Of a stretch of 34,443 nucleotides of DNA, positions 1-9,340 are shown piece after piece; the first letter of the stretch is position 1, and each line of letters begins with the position of its first letter. The position numbers and the translations under genes were made by a program. The stretch comes from Octopus sinensis. Lineage: Eukaryota. The DNA lies in contig NW_021832781.1 of the NCBI RefSeq assembly GCF_006345805.1, positions 1-34,443 on the forward strand, written 5' to 3'. Below the pieces are notes generated by a model. It was not told the origin of the DNA, searched no databases, and was given only the letters and a program-made list of their open reading frames with translations.

Positions 1-43
1 TTATATATATATCTATATATATATATAGATATTATTATGTAGA

Positions 44-74
<31 letters not shown>

Positions 75-140
75 ATAATATAAGATAGATATATATATAG
101 ATATATATATATATAATATATATAACACCCACAAACATAT
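1..140. repeat. (TA)n-rich degenerate microsatellite
   Basis: Almost pure TA/TAGA alternation. Confidence 0.9.
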
Positions 141-439
141 ATATCATATATATTGTATGCGTATATACACATCTACTTTTTTCTTCCTTCACTTTGTTTA
201 TAAATGATAATAACGTTTTTATCAGTTTTTCTCAGCTCTGTTTCTGACATCATCAGTCGCTTACGACATGGCCGTCAAGGCAATCTGATACAAGAGAGAA
301 AAGCTACGATATTCATTCAACCCAAATTCCTTCATTTACAGGCAACAGATCTGCAGAAAGAAACTGCATTTCAGCGAAACATCAACCGTATCATTGACAC
401 CCACCTATTAATCAGAGAACAACCAGGAAAAAAGATCTG

Positions 440-1099
440 GGCTGCAACTATTTTCTTATAATAAGCTTGTATGTGTGGGATTTTTGGGCAAGTGTCTTCT
501 ACAATAGCTCTGGGCCGAGTGAATTTGGTAGACGGAAGCAGAAAGAAGACCTTCGTAAATATCATATGTGTATGTGTATGTGTATGCGGAGGCGCATTGC
601 TCAGTGGTTAGAGCGTCGGGCTCACAATCATGAGGTAGTGAGTTCGGTTCCTGCACTGGGCTGTTCACTGTGTTCTTGAGCAAGACACTTTATTTCCCGA
701 TGCTCCACTCAGCTTTATTTCCCGATGTTCACTCAGCTGTAGAAGTGAGCTGCGATATCACTGGTGCCAAGCTGTATCGGCCCCTTTGCCTTTCCCTTGG
801 ATAACATCGGCGGCGTGGAGGTGGGTAGCAGGTATGCACGGGCGACTGTTGGTTTTCCATAAACAATCTTACTCGAACTGGTTCTTCGGAGGGTAACCTC
901 GGCGCAATCTCATGGTTATTCATGACCGAAGGGAGTTTCACTTCCTATATATGTATGTATATATTTGTGTGTGTATGTGTGTGTGTGATTCTTTGCCTTT
1001 GTGTGTGTGTTGTTCACTGTCACTGCTTAACAACCAGTATTGTTCTGTTTATGCTTCCCCATTTCTAAGTTGGTTCGTCAAAAGGTGACCGATAGAATT
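440..1099 (+). mobile_element. Decayed family B SINE, interrupted by another SINE and ended by a mariner ITR
   Basis: Motifs ttgggcaagtgtcttct, atttggtagacggaa, internal (TG)n and gaccgatagaat match the intact copies at 24300-24723 and 31808-32217. Confidence 0.65.
588..945 (+). mobile_element. tRNA-derived SINE with CORE-like body (tail type T1)
   Basis: A-box-like ttgctcagtggttagagc and B-box-like gagttcggttcc, then tgtgttcttgagcaagacactttatttc shared with the SINE at 3564-3896. Contains a ~25 bp internal tandem duplication (688-712/713-736). Confidence 0.8.
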
Positions 1100-1920
1100 C
1101 GTGGGCCGGCTAAAATGTTCATTGGCTGACCAAAATACTCACATGGAATTTGCAGACTTACTCCTCGCCAGAACTCGCCGCTTCGTGCCTCGTCGATAAC
1201 ACACGGACACACACACACTCGTGGTCTTTTTTCCTGGCCGACTACTACTCAGACTTACTCCCCGCCGATTTATGTTTCAGCATACTCCCCCACCCCTTGC
1301 GGTGCACACACTTCTTTCCTCAGTCTTGCAGCGCTTGGATCCCATTGGCAAAGAAGCTTTTATCTTGTTGATCAAAAAGTTTTTTCAGCAACAAATATGA
1401 TATCATCATTACTACGATGGTCCTTCCTAGCCAAGTCTTTTTTCATGGTGGGAGAAAAGATGATAGTCAGATGGCACAAAAGAAGGAGAATAGGGAGGAT
1501 GATCAACCAGTTTAAAGCATAGTCTTGCAGAGCAGCCGTTGAACTGAAGGACTTGGAGGAATATCTTGAAACAAAACCCCACTTCGTCAGTTTTCTTGGG
1601 TCTTTGGTTTTGATAGACTTTCGTAACAGCCTCAGCAGGTTGGCATTGTACATACGTTAGTACGCCGAATGAAATGCGTAGCTGTATTTCGTCTGCCGTT
1701 ACGTTCTGAGTTCAAATTCCGCCGAGGTCCACTTTGCCTTTCATCCTTTCGATAAATTAAGTACCAGTTGCGCACTGGGGTCGATGTAATCGACTTAATC
1801 CATTTGTCTGTCCTTGTTTGTCCACTCTATGTTTATCCCCTTGTGGGTAGTAAAGAAATAGGTTGGCATTGTACTCCCTATTGATGGTGCTCCCCTTTAC
1901 GAGATACAACTCAATTGATG
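1100..1920 (-). pseudogene. Mariner transposase remnant (C-terminal half plus right ITR)
   Basis: Minus-strand translation across frameshifts: YLVKGSTINREYNANLLRLLRKSIKTK...LVDHPPYSPSFVPSDYHLF...MKKDLARKDHRSNDDII...DQQDKSFFANGIQALQ. ITR-like cgtgggccggctaaaatgttcattggctgacc starts at 1100. Confidence 0.85.
1652..1859 (+). mobile_element. Family A SINE, young-tail type, 5'-truncated, inserted in the mariner
   Basis: B box gagttcaaattcc and tail ...gtagtaaagaaat. Perfect 15-bp TSD aggttggcattgtac at 1637-1651 and 1860-1874. Confidence 0.92.
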
Positions 1921-1944
1921 TCTTTTTCTTTTTACTTTTGTGTA

Positions 1945-2272
1945 CGTATCTTTTCTTGTTTCATTCATTGGACTGTAGCCGTGCTGGGTCAGTGTCTTCA
2001 AGGGTTCAGTAGAACAAATCGATCTCATTAGCAATGTTTTTAGCCTAGTACTTATTCTGTCGGTGTCTTTTGCCGAACCGCCAAGTTAAAGGGATGTAAA
2101 CAAACCAATATTGCTTGATACTCGGGTTTGGGAGAGAGAGAGAAGCACAACACAAACACTAACACACGCACATACATACATACACACATACATACATACA
2201 CACATACACGCATGCATACATGGCTACATATATACATAGACACTGACACACATATACAGAAACAGACAAACA

Positions 2273-2315
<43 letters not shown>

Positions 2316-2447
2316 CGAAGAGCTTCTTCCAGTTTCCTTCTCTCATAAACACTCATAAATCTTTGCTCGGCAAGCGGCTATAGTAGAAGAAACTTGCTTA
2401 ATCATGTGGTTAAGCAAGTTTCTTAACCACACACCCACGCCTGCACC
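1945..2447 (-). mobile_element. Decayed family B SINE with expanded internal (CA/TACA)n
   Basis: agcctagtacttattctgtcggtgtcttttgccgaaccg, cttcttccagtttcc and accacacacccacgcctgc align with the 24300-24723 copy. Confidence 0.75.
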
Positions 2448-2449
2448 TA

Positions 2450-2830
2450 TGGAAGATGACAGCCGTAACTGCAGATCCAATGACTTCATGAATTACAGAA
2501 AATCTATCCCTTAATATATATTATAGTGCGCAGCGGTTATATAGATTGTCAGCTGATGAATTAGTCGAAAGTATGTGGCAACAGACCAATACCAAATAAC
2601 TGTAATGACATGCAGTAAGGGAGCTGAAAAACTCAGGAACTACAACGACCCAAATGTTAAATCGTAAGAATTATGAGAGAAGGAATATGTCGACCAAATT
2701 ATTTCTAATTGTTTCAACTGGAACGAAACACGTCCGAGGGCATCTTTTAGGTTGCATTTCTTAACGTTAACGCTGCTTCTTGACCTCGAAATTATTTGCA
2801 GTTAACAAACTGTCAAGACGCCAGTTGCAG
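2450..2830 (+). mobile_element. Possible decayed Penelope-like terminal-repeat remnant
   Basis: Two degenerate hammerhead-like motifs: ctgatga-N7-gaaa (2553-2570) and a stem followed by gaaacacgtc (2711-2734). Confidence 0.3.
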
Positions 2831-2934
2831 GAAGCAAGACATGTGAAATAATTGAATGACCAAAAGATTCAAGAATGGGAGCGAATTGAAAGTAACTGCA
2901 AATATGAATTGCAAAAGATAAAAAAAAGAAAAGA

Positions 2935-3517
2935 AAAATTCACCTGCTGCACCACATACTCAAACGACCTTAACATTAGCTTCAAGGTTCATCCAAGACT
3001 GGGACCACGGGCCATACGACCCCTGCCCAGTTCAAGATCACAACATACATGTACACTGCAACATAATTTCTTTTCCTCAACAGGCCCTGCCCTATTTAAC
3101 ATTGTCCCGAAGGAGATCAAAGAGGAAAAGGATCCCATCAACTTTAAACGCAGTCTGGATAGATTCCTTCAAAGAATACCAGATAAGCCACCCATAATTG
3201 GATACAACTCACCCAACAAGAACTCACTACTTGAACAAAACTGGATACAACTCACCCAACAAGAACTCACTACTTGAACAAACCTGGATACAACTCACCC
3301 AACAAGAACTCACTACTTGAACAAACCTGGATACAACTCACCCAACAAGAACTCACTACTTGAACAAACCTGGATACAACTCACCCAACAAGAACTCACT
3401 ACTTGAACAAAACTTGCCTTAAACAGGATTCGCATAATCCTATCAGGTGGTGCTATTAAGTTAGACATGGCCTGGACCAATCTTTGGTCGAAACATATCT
3501 AAGTTTATCTAAGTTTA
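2935..3517 (+). mobile_element. 3' end of a CR1/L2-group LINE (ORF2 C-terminus plus 3' UTR)
   Basis: NDLNISFKVHPRLGPRAIRP...HNFFSSTGPALFNIVPKEIKEEKDPINFKRSLDRFLQRIPDKP...NKNSLLE resembles invertebrate CR1/L2-group ORF2 ends (F.SxGPxLFNxLP...FKxxLDxFLxxIPDxP). Ends in a short tandem tail (tatctaagtt)2. Confidence 0.75.
3200..3414 (+). repeat. Minisatellite, 5 x 43 bp
   Basis: Unit ggatacaactcacccaacaagaactcactacttgaacaaa(a/c)ct starts at 3200, 3243, 3286, 3329 and 3372. Confidence 0.97.
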
Positions 3518-3563
3518 CCCAAAATTTAACGAGAAATATATTGGAGAAACAGGAACAAAACTT

Positions 3564-3896
3564 TCTTTCTTTGACTCCGCCGGTTACGACGACGAGGGTC
3601 CCAGCTGATACGATCAACGGAACAGCTTGCTCGTGAAATTAACGTGCAAATGGCTGAGCATTCCACAGACACGTGTACCCTTAACGTAGTTCTCGGGGAT
3701 AATCAGCGTGACACAGAGAGTGACAAGGCTGACCCTTTGAAATACAAGTACAACTCATTTTTGCCAGCTGAGTGGACTGGAGCAACGTGAAATAAAGTAT
3801 CTTGCTCAAGGACACAACGCGTCGCCGGGAATCGAACTCACAACCTTACGATCATGAGCCGAATGCCCTAACCACTAAGCCACGCGCCCTCACTAT
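3564..3896 (-). mobile_element. Full-length tRNA-derived SINE, CORE-like body, tail T2 with (GAAA)n end
   Basis: Minus-strand head gggcgcgtggcttagtggttagggc...gagttcgattccc. 12-bp TSD ggaacaaaactt at 3552-3563 and 3897-3908. Confidence 0.92.
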
Positions 3897-4378
3897 GGAA
3901 CAAAACTTAACAAATGTGTTAATATGCAAAAGAATCAAATTCCGGTTTCATCTCTTATAAATCTAAGCATGGAGGCGTTTATGCAAATGGAAAAAAAAAA
4001 TTCAAATTGTTCTCTTTTTGCAAAATAAGAGACGAAATTGATCAACAATGAGCGGCAAAAATATTAAAAAAAAGAATAATTTATATGTTTTTTAAATCCG
4101 AAGCCAAACCGGAAATAGCTAACACCATTACAAAAACAACTTCGTCTAAATGGATTATCAAAGAACATGTGTTTCAAAAGTTGAACAACGAAAGCGCTTA
4201 CACACAACATACACACTAGGCGTAAAAGTTTCCCCAAAGGTTTCTCACACGTCTGTTTTCCTTTTTCAATAGTTTTTAAATACTTATATAGGAAAAAAAT
4301 CTTTCTTTCAATAATGTAACTGTATCCAGTATCTTTTGCAAAATCTTTTAAACATACACACATATACATATATACGCA

Positions 4379-4468
4379 CGTACATACATACATACATACA
4401 TACATACATACATACATACATACATGCATAGACACACACAGACACACATACATACATACATACATACA

Positions 4469-4504
<36 letters not shown>

Positions 4505-4506
4505 TA
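4379..4506. repeat. (TACA)n microsatellite
   Basis: Direct reading. Confidence 0.95.
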
Positions 4507-4561
4507 TCCTTAAATCCTTAAAAATGTTTCAGCCCGAAGGCTGCGGCCATGCTGGGGCACC
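4507..4561 (-). mobile_element. 55-bp retroposon 3'-end fragment with (aaggattt)n tail
   Basis: Minus strand ggtgccccagcatggccgcagccttcgggctgaaacatttttaaggatttaagga shares ggtgc.ccagcatggccgcag...ctgaaaca with the family B 3' end. Confidence 0.6.
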
Positions 4562-4651
4562 ATATATATATACCATATATATATATATATGGTATATAAA
4601 GAGGTTTTTGTGGAGGGATGCATATATAGAGATATATATACGTCGATACAT

Positions 4652-5032
4652 GTGGTGGCGCAATGGCCCAGTGGTTAGGGCAGCGGACTCGCGGTCATAG
4701 GATCGCGTTTTCGATTCCCAGACCGGGCATTGTGAGTGTATATTGAGCGAAAACACCTAAAAAGCTCCACGACGCTCCGGCAGGGGATGGTGGCGAACTC
4801 TGCTGTACTCTTTCACCACAAATTTCTCTCACTCTTACTTCATGCTTCTGTTGTGCCTGTAATTCAAAGGGCCAGCCTTGTCACACTCTGTGTCACGCTG
4901 AATATCCCCGAGAACTACGTTAAGGGTACACGTGTCTCTGGAGTGCTCAGCCACTTACGCCTTAACCTCACGAGCAGGCTGTGATCTTATGAACTGGAAC
5001 CCTCGTCGTCGTAAGCGACGGAGTGCCAACAA
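4652..5032 (+). mobile_element. Full-length tRNA-derived SINE, second head/body type, tail T2
   Basis: A box tggcccagtgg and B-box-like ttcgattccc. 12-bp TSD acgtcgatacat at 4640-4651 and 5033-5044. Confidence 0.92.
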
Positions 5033-5387
5033 ACGTCGATACATATATAACCTACGCATACACACACATCTCCAAACACACACACACACAGTTAACTATA
5101 CATATATACATCCAGCCAGATAAGCTTACATAAACGAGTCGGTATAAACCTATATCTAGAGAAATGTTATCTTTCCCACTGGTATTGTGTATATATATTA
5201 GATCAAATCTAGAAACTTCTAGCATAGATAACCTTTCACATTCCTTCATAAATCTATTTGGCCGAATTCTTCCTCAGTCGCCTATGGCTGTTAGTGCTTC
5301 TTTGTTGTTTTTATCTTTTTTAGTACTGTTGTTGTTGCTGTTGGTGGTGGCGGTGGTGGTAGTCGTGGTGGTGTTCTTATTATTATG

Positions 5388-5941
5388 GGTGATGAACTGG
5401 CAGTATTTTTAGAGCGCCTGACAATATGCTTAGCGGTATTTCGTCTGCGTTACGTTGTGAGTTCAAATTCCGCCGAGGTCGACTTTGCCTTTCATCCTTT
5501 CGGGGTCGATAAATTAAGTACCAGTTACGAACTGGGGTCGATGTAATCGACTTAATACCTATGTCTGTCCTTGTTTGTTCCCTCTGTGTTTAGCCCCTTG
5601 TGGGTAATAAAGAAATAGGTATTTCGTCTGCCGTTACGTTCTGAGTTCAAATTCCGCCGAGGTCGACTTTACCTTTCATCCTTTCGGGGTCGATTAAATA
5701 AGTACCAGTTACGCACTGGGATCGATATAATCGACTTAATCCGTTGTCTGTCCTTGTTTGTCTCCTCTGTGTGTAGCCCCTTGTGGGCAGTAAAGAAATA
5801 GGTATTTCGTCTACCGCTACGTTCTGAGTTCAAATTCTGCCTGTCCGGGTCAATTAAATAAGTACCAGTTACGTACTGGGGTCGATGTAATCGACTTAAC
5901 CCCCTTCCCCGAGCTGCCCTTGTGGCAAAAATTTTGAAATC
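5388..5941 (+). mobile_element. Family A SINE trimer (two young-tail units plus a final old-tail unit)
   Basis: Units restart at gtatttcgtct at 5436, 5619 and 5802 (183-bp period). The last unit ends in the old tail ccccttccccgagctgcccttgtggcaaaaattttgaaatc. Confidence 0.9.
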
Positions 5942-6244
5942 ATCATCATTATTATTGTTGTTGTTGTTTATGTCATTGTTGCGGCTGTTGTTGTTATTGT
6001 CAATTTCTTGACCCTAGAAAGAATCGTAACCGATGATGAATAAGGGCAAAAAAAAGGTAGACTGAAACATCATTTTTTTTCTATTCACCGACACCCGAGA
6101 ACTTCACCCCCACCCCACTCAAAATATGCGGCTTAAACCCTGTATCTGCTTTCACAGTGTAGCAAAAACGTGTGTTTTTAGCGACTGTGTGTTTACTTAA
6201 CATCTTCGCTGAACCGAACTACCTGTATTAAATTCTTCTACTAC

Positions 6245-6319
6245 ATATGTATATATATATGGACACATATATATGCATGTTATATATATATATATATATA
6301 TATATGGACATATATATGT

Positions 6320-6400
<81 letters not shown>

Positions 6401-6401
6401 A

Positions 6402-6433
<32 letters not shown>

Positions 6434-6518
6434 GGACATATATATATGTATGTGTGTATATATATATATATATGAATATATATATATATATATGGACATA
6501 TATATATGTGTGTATGTG

Positions 6519-6549
<31 letters not shown>

Positions 6550-6575
6550 GTATATGTGGGTTTGTGTGTGTGTGT
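6245..6575. repeat. (TA)n array with recurring tatggac(a) interruptions
   Basis: ggac at 6261, 6306, 6434 and 6494. Confidence 0.9.
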
Positions 6576-6910
6576 GTTTTTTGATTTAATAAAATCTGTA
6601 AACAGTCAACGTTGCAATATTTTAAAGTTTCGGGTTTTGAAATCCGAAGATGTAATAAAAGAACCTCTAGAAAAGGTGTGCAAATATAGGATAGGAAAGG
6701 ATAAAGAAACATAAAGCATTATGTAAACAAACAGACAGAACACACAAGTGGCCCCTCGACTAAAAACAAAAACAAAAAACGTAAAAAAAGAGAAAAGAAC
6801 CAGAAAGTGCAATAAAGGTTAAGTGGAGCAAAAGGGAGAAGAGGAATAAATTCCTTTAGTAAAAAAAAAAGGTAACCTAGTTTGAAACAGCAATATTGAA
6901 ATGGACAGTT

Positions 6911-7140
6911 AAGGTGGTGAGCTGGCTAAATCGTTCGCATGCCGGACAACATGCTTAGCAGTATTTCGTCCGGCAAGTCGACGTCGACTTGGCCTTTTAT
7001 TCTTTCGGGGTCGATGAAATTGTGTATGATTTGAGCTTTGGGGTCGATAGAAATAAATACGATTTGAGCTCTGGGGGTGATATAATTAATTTACACCCTT
7101 CCCTGAAATTGCTGGCCTTGTGCCAAAGTTTGAAATCGTT
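6911..7140 (+). mobile_element. Family A SINE, old-tail type, decayed
   Basis: Head aaggtggtgagctggctaaatcg and tail gaaattgctggccttgtgccaaagtttgaaatc. Confidence 0.8.
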
Positions 7141-7150
7141 AATGTTTTTA

Positions 7151-7382
7151 AGGCGGTGAGCTGGCAGAGACGTTAGCACGCCGGGCGAACTGCTTAGCGG
7201 TATTTCGTCTGTCGCTACGTTCTGAGTTCAAATTCCGCCGAGGTCGACTTTGCCTTTCATCCTTTCGGAGTCGATAAATTAAGTACCAGTTACGCGCTGG
7301 GGTCGATGTAATCGACTTAATCCCTTTGTCTGTCCTTGTTTGTCCCCTATATGCTTAGCCACTTGTGGGCAGTAAAGAAATA
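7151..7382 (+). mobile_element. Family A SINE, young-tail type
   Basis: Full head aggcggtgagctggcagagacgttagcac, B box, and tail gtaaagaaata. Followed by a repeat of head sequence (cgttagcacgc). Confidence 0.9.
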
Positions 7383-7434
7383 AGAATCGTTAGCACGCTG
7401 GATTATTGTTGTTGCTGTTGTTGTTGTTACTATT

Positions 7435-7650
7435 AAGGCGACGAACTGGCTAAATCATTAGCACGCCGGACAATATGCTTAGAGGCATTTCGTCTGTCTT
7501 TAAGTTCTGATTTCAAATTCCACCAAGGTCGACTTTGCCTTTCATCCTTTCGCAGTCGATAAAATAAATACCAGTTGAACACTGGGGTCGATGTAATCGA
7601 CTCAGTCCCTGTTCTAGTATTGCTGGTATTTTGCCAAAATTTGAAACCAA
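7435..7650 (+). mobile_element. Family A SINE, old-tail type
   Basis: Head aaggcgacgaactggc, central gtcgactttgcctttcatcctttcg, tail ccaaaatttgaaaccaat. Confidence 0.85.
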
Positions 7651-7845
7651 TGCTGGAATAGGCAGTGAAAGACGATTGTTTAAAATTTCCAAACGGATTG
7701 AAGTGAATTCGAAGACTATGGCAATTACGTAAAAGAGGTCCTTAAATAGAGTGTAGGTGGTTCAAATGTGCAGAATACAAAAGAGAGACACATGTGAGGG
7801 AACAACAAGCTGGTATATTAGCTTGACGATCGGGAAAAATGGAAA

Positions 7846-7886
7846 TGTCTTTGACGTTTCGAACATACGCTCTTCGACAGAAAAGG
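7846..7886 (-). ncRNA. Minimal type I hammerhead ribozyme-like motif (Penelope type), core variant CUGUCGA
   Basis: Minus strand ccttttCTGTCGAaGAGCgtatGTTCGAAACGTCaaagaca: stem II gagc/gttc, GAAA, palindromic ACGU stem III, GUC site, about 4-bp stem I. Confidence 0.55.
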
Positions 7887-8667
7887 ATGGGAGGAAAAAA
7901 TGGAGGAAAAAAAAGGAGGGAAAAAAATGCGTGGGGATTAACGGTTCCACAAATAAATGTGGTCTTTTAATTTAGGGGAGCGAGATACGTACCGTATGCA
8001 ATAGTAAAAAAACAAAAAAAAAAACGCATGACCATATTAGATGCACCTCCTGTTTCAATGCCGCATATTCAGAAGGGGGCGCATTAAAGTTTAATGGAGG
8101 CCCAACTTCACATATAGTATCTGAAGTGATTTTTTTACACGTTATTTTAGGAGAAAATATGTGTTGTATAGTAGTATCAAAAACGATAAATTTCGTTGGA
8201 GTGATATTATTGTAATGAGTTACAAAGAGAGTTGAAAGGATAGTTACTACATTTTTTTTAAGAAGATAGAAAATTTGAAGAGTATGAATGTTTTAGTACA
8301 ATAATGCATTCATGGTAACACCAGTTCGGAAGTACGGTTAAGGAGGTATTCGTGTGAAAGTAAATACTTGTAACTTTTCCATTGAAGCATGTAATATTTA
8401 AAGCAACTTCGCACATAGGACCCAGGGGACGTTTTGGTGGCTGTTTTTTTTTTTTATGAAATAGAATGCGCCTTATATGCTATAAAATATGGAAAAAGAT
8501 TTTCCGAAAAATAGTAAAATATTTAGCCTTCGGTTTGATATTCCATATAAATTTGTGGTCGAAATGTTTGAGTTAATTGCAAAATAAGTAAAGAATTTGC
8601 AACAGGTTTTTAAAGAGTTCACCCAACGTACGATTTAAATATTTTTGTGTCAATATTAGTTGAGTGA

Positions 8668-9102
8668 AAGGCGGCGAGCTGGCAAAATCGTTAGCACACC
8701 GGGCAGAATGCTTAGCAGCGTTTCATCCGTCTTAACGTTCTAAGTTCAAATTCCGCCGAGGTCGGCTTTACTTGTCATCCTCTCGGGGTCGATAAAATAA
8801 GTGTCAAGCACTGGGGTTGATAAAATAAGTACCAGTAGGACTGGTCGATGTCATTGACTATCCCCCTCCCCAAAAGTTGCTGGCCTTGTACCAAAACTTG
8901 AAAGCAATATTAGCTGAGAAAAAAGCAACTATCTTGCAGAGCCGTTAGCAGGCCTCACAAAATGGTTAGTGGTTTGGTTGACTTTGCCTTTTATCATTTA
9001 GGGATCAATAATTAAGCACTAGCTGAGTACTGGGGTCCGTGTAATCGACTTAACCCCTCCCCCGAAATTACTGGCTTTGTGCAAAATTTGAAGCCCATAT
9101 TA
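8668..9102 (+). mobile_element. Two tandem old-tail family A SINEs (8668-8912 and ~8925-9102)
   Basis: Head aaggcggcgagctggcaaaatcg and two old tails. caatattag(t/c)tgag occurs at 8651-8664 and 8905-8918. Confidence 0.8.
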
Positions 9103-9299
9103 GTCAAGTGTATAATACAGAGATACAATCACGATCACGTGGGAAAGTTGTTAGGCTGTTTGAAGTTATAGTGTATGTATGTATGTATAGTAAATCAAAT
9201 CCAAAGAAATCACCAACAGACTAGGAGATACTCACAGTTAAAATCATTTGGCTGATGTTCAAAGAAGGAAAATGTTATGTGGCAAAGGCTATAAAACAA

Positions 9300-9340
9300 G
9301 GTTATAACGTTTCGGATATAATCCTTCGTCAGATATCAGA
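9300..9340 (-). ncRNA. Minimal type I hammerhead ribozyme motif (Penelope type)
   Basis: Minus strand tctgatatCTGACGAaGGATtatATCCGAAACGTTataacc: intact CUGACGA core, stem II ggat/atcc, GAAA, ACGU stem III, NUH = GUU. Confidence 0.65.

Noticed and set aside
204-461. 85-aa ORF with splice-acceptor-like ttccttcatttacag
   Set aside because: No recognisable protein similarity and no convincing donor site.
588-665. tRNA-like sequences (also 3820-3890, 4652-4730, 24650-24723, 33470-33540)
   Set aside because: They have A/B boxes but imperfect cloverleaves and continue into repeated bodies, several with TSDs, so they are SINE heads rather than tRNA genes.
3200-3414. Regular direct repeats suggesting a CRISPR array
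   Set aside because: The units are contiguous with no unique spacers, there are no cas genes, and the context is a eukaryotic LINE.
5436-5941. 183-bp periodic repeats as CRISPR or satellite DNA
   Set aside because: The units are parts of a dispersed SINE that also occurs as solo copies with TSDs.
6197-6714. Long YI/HT/CV-rich ORFs (also 10600-10968, 14674-15941, 26992-27570, 33158-33487)
   Set aside because: These are translations of dinucleotide microsatellites that lack stop codons.
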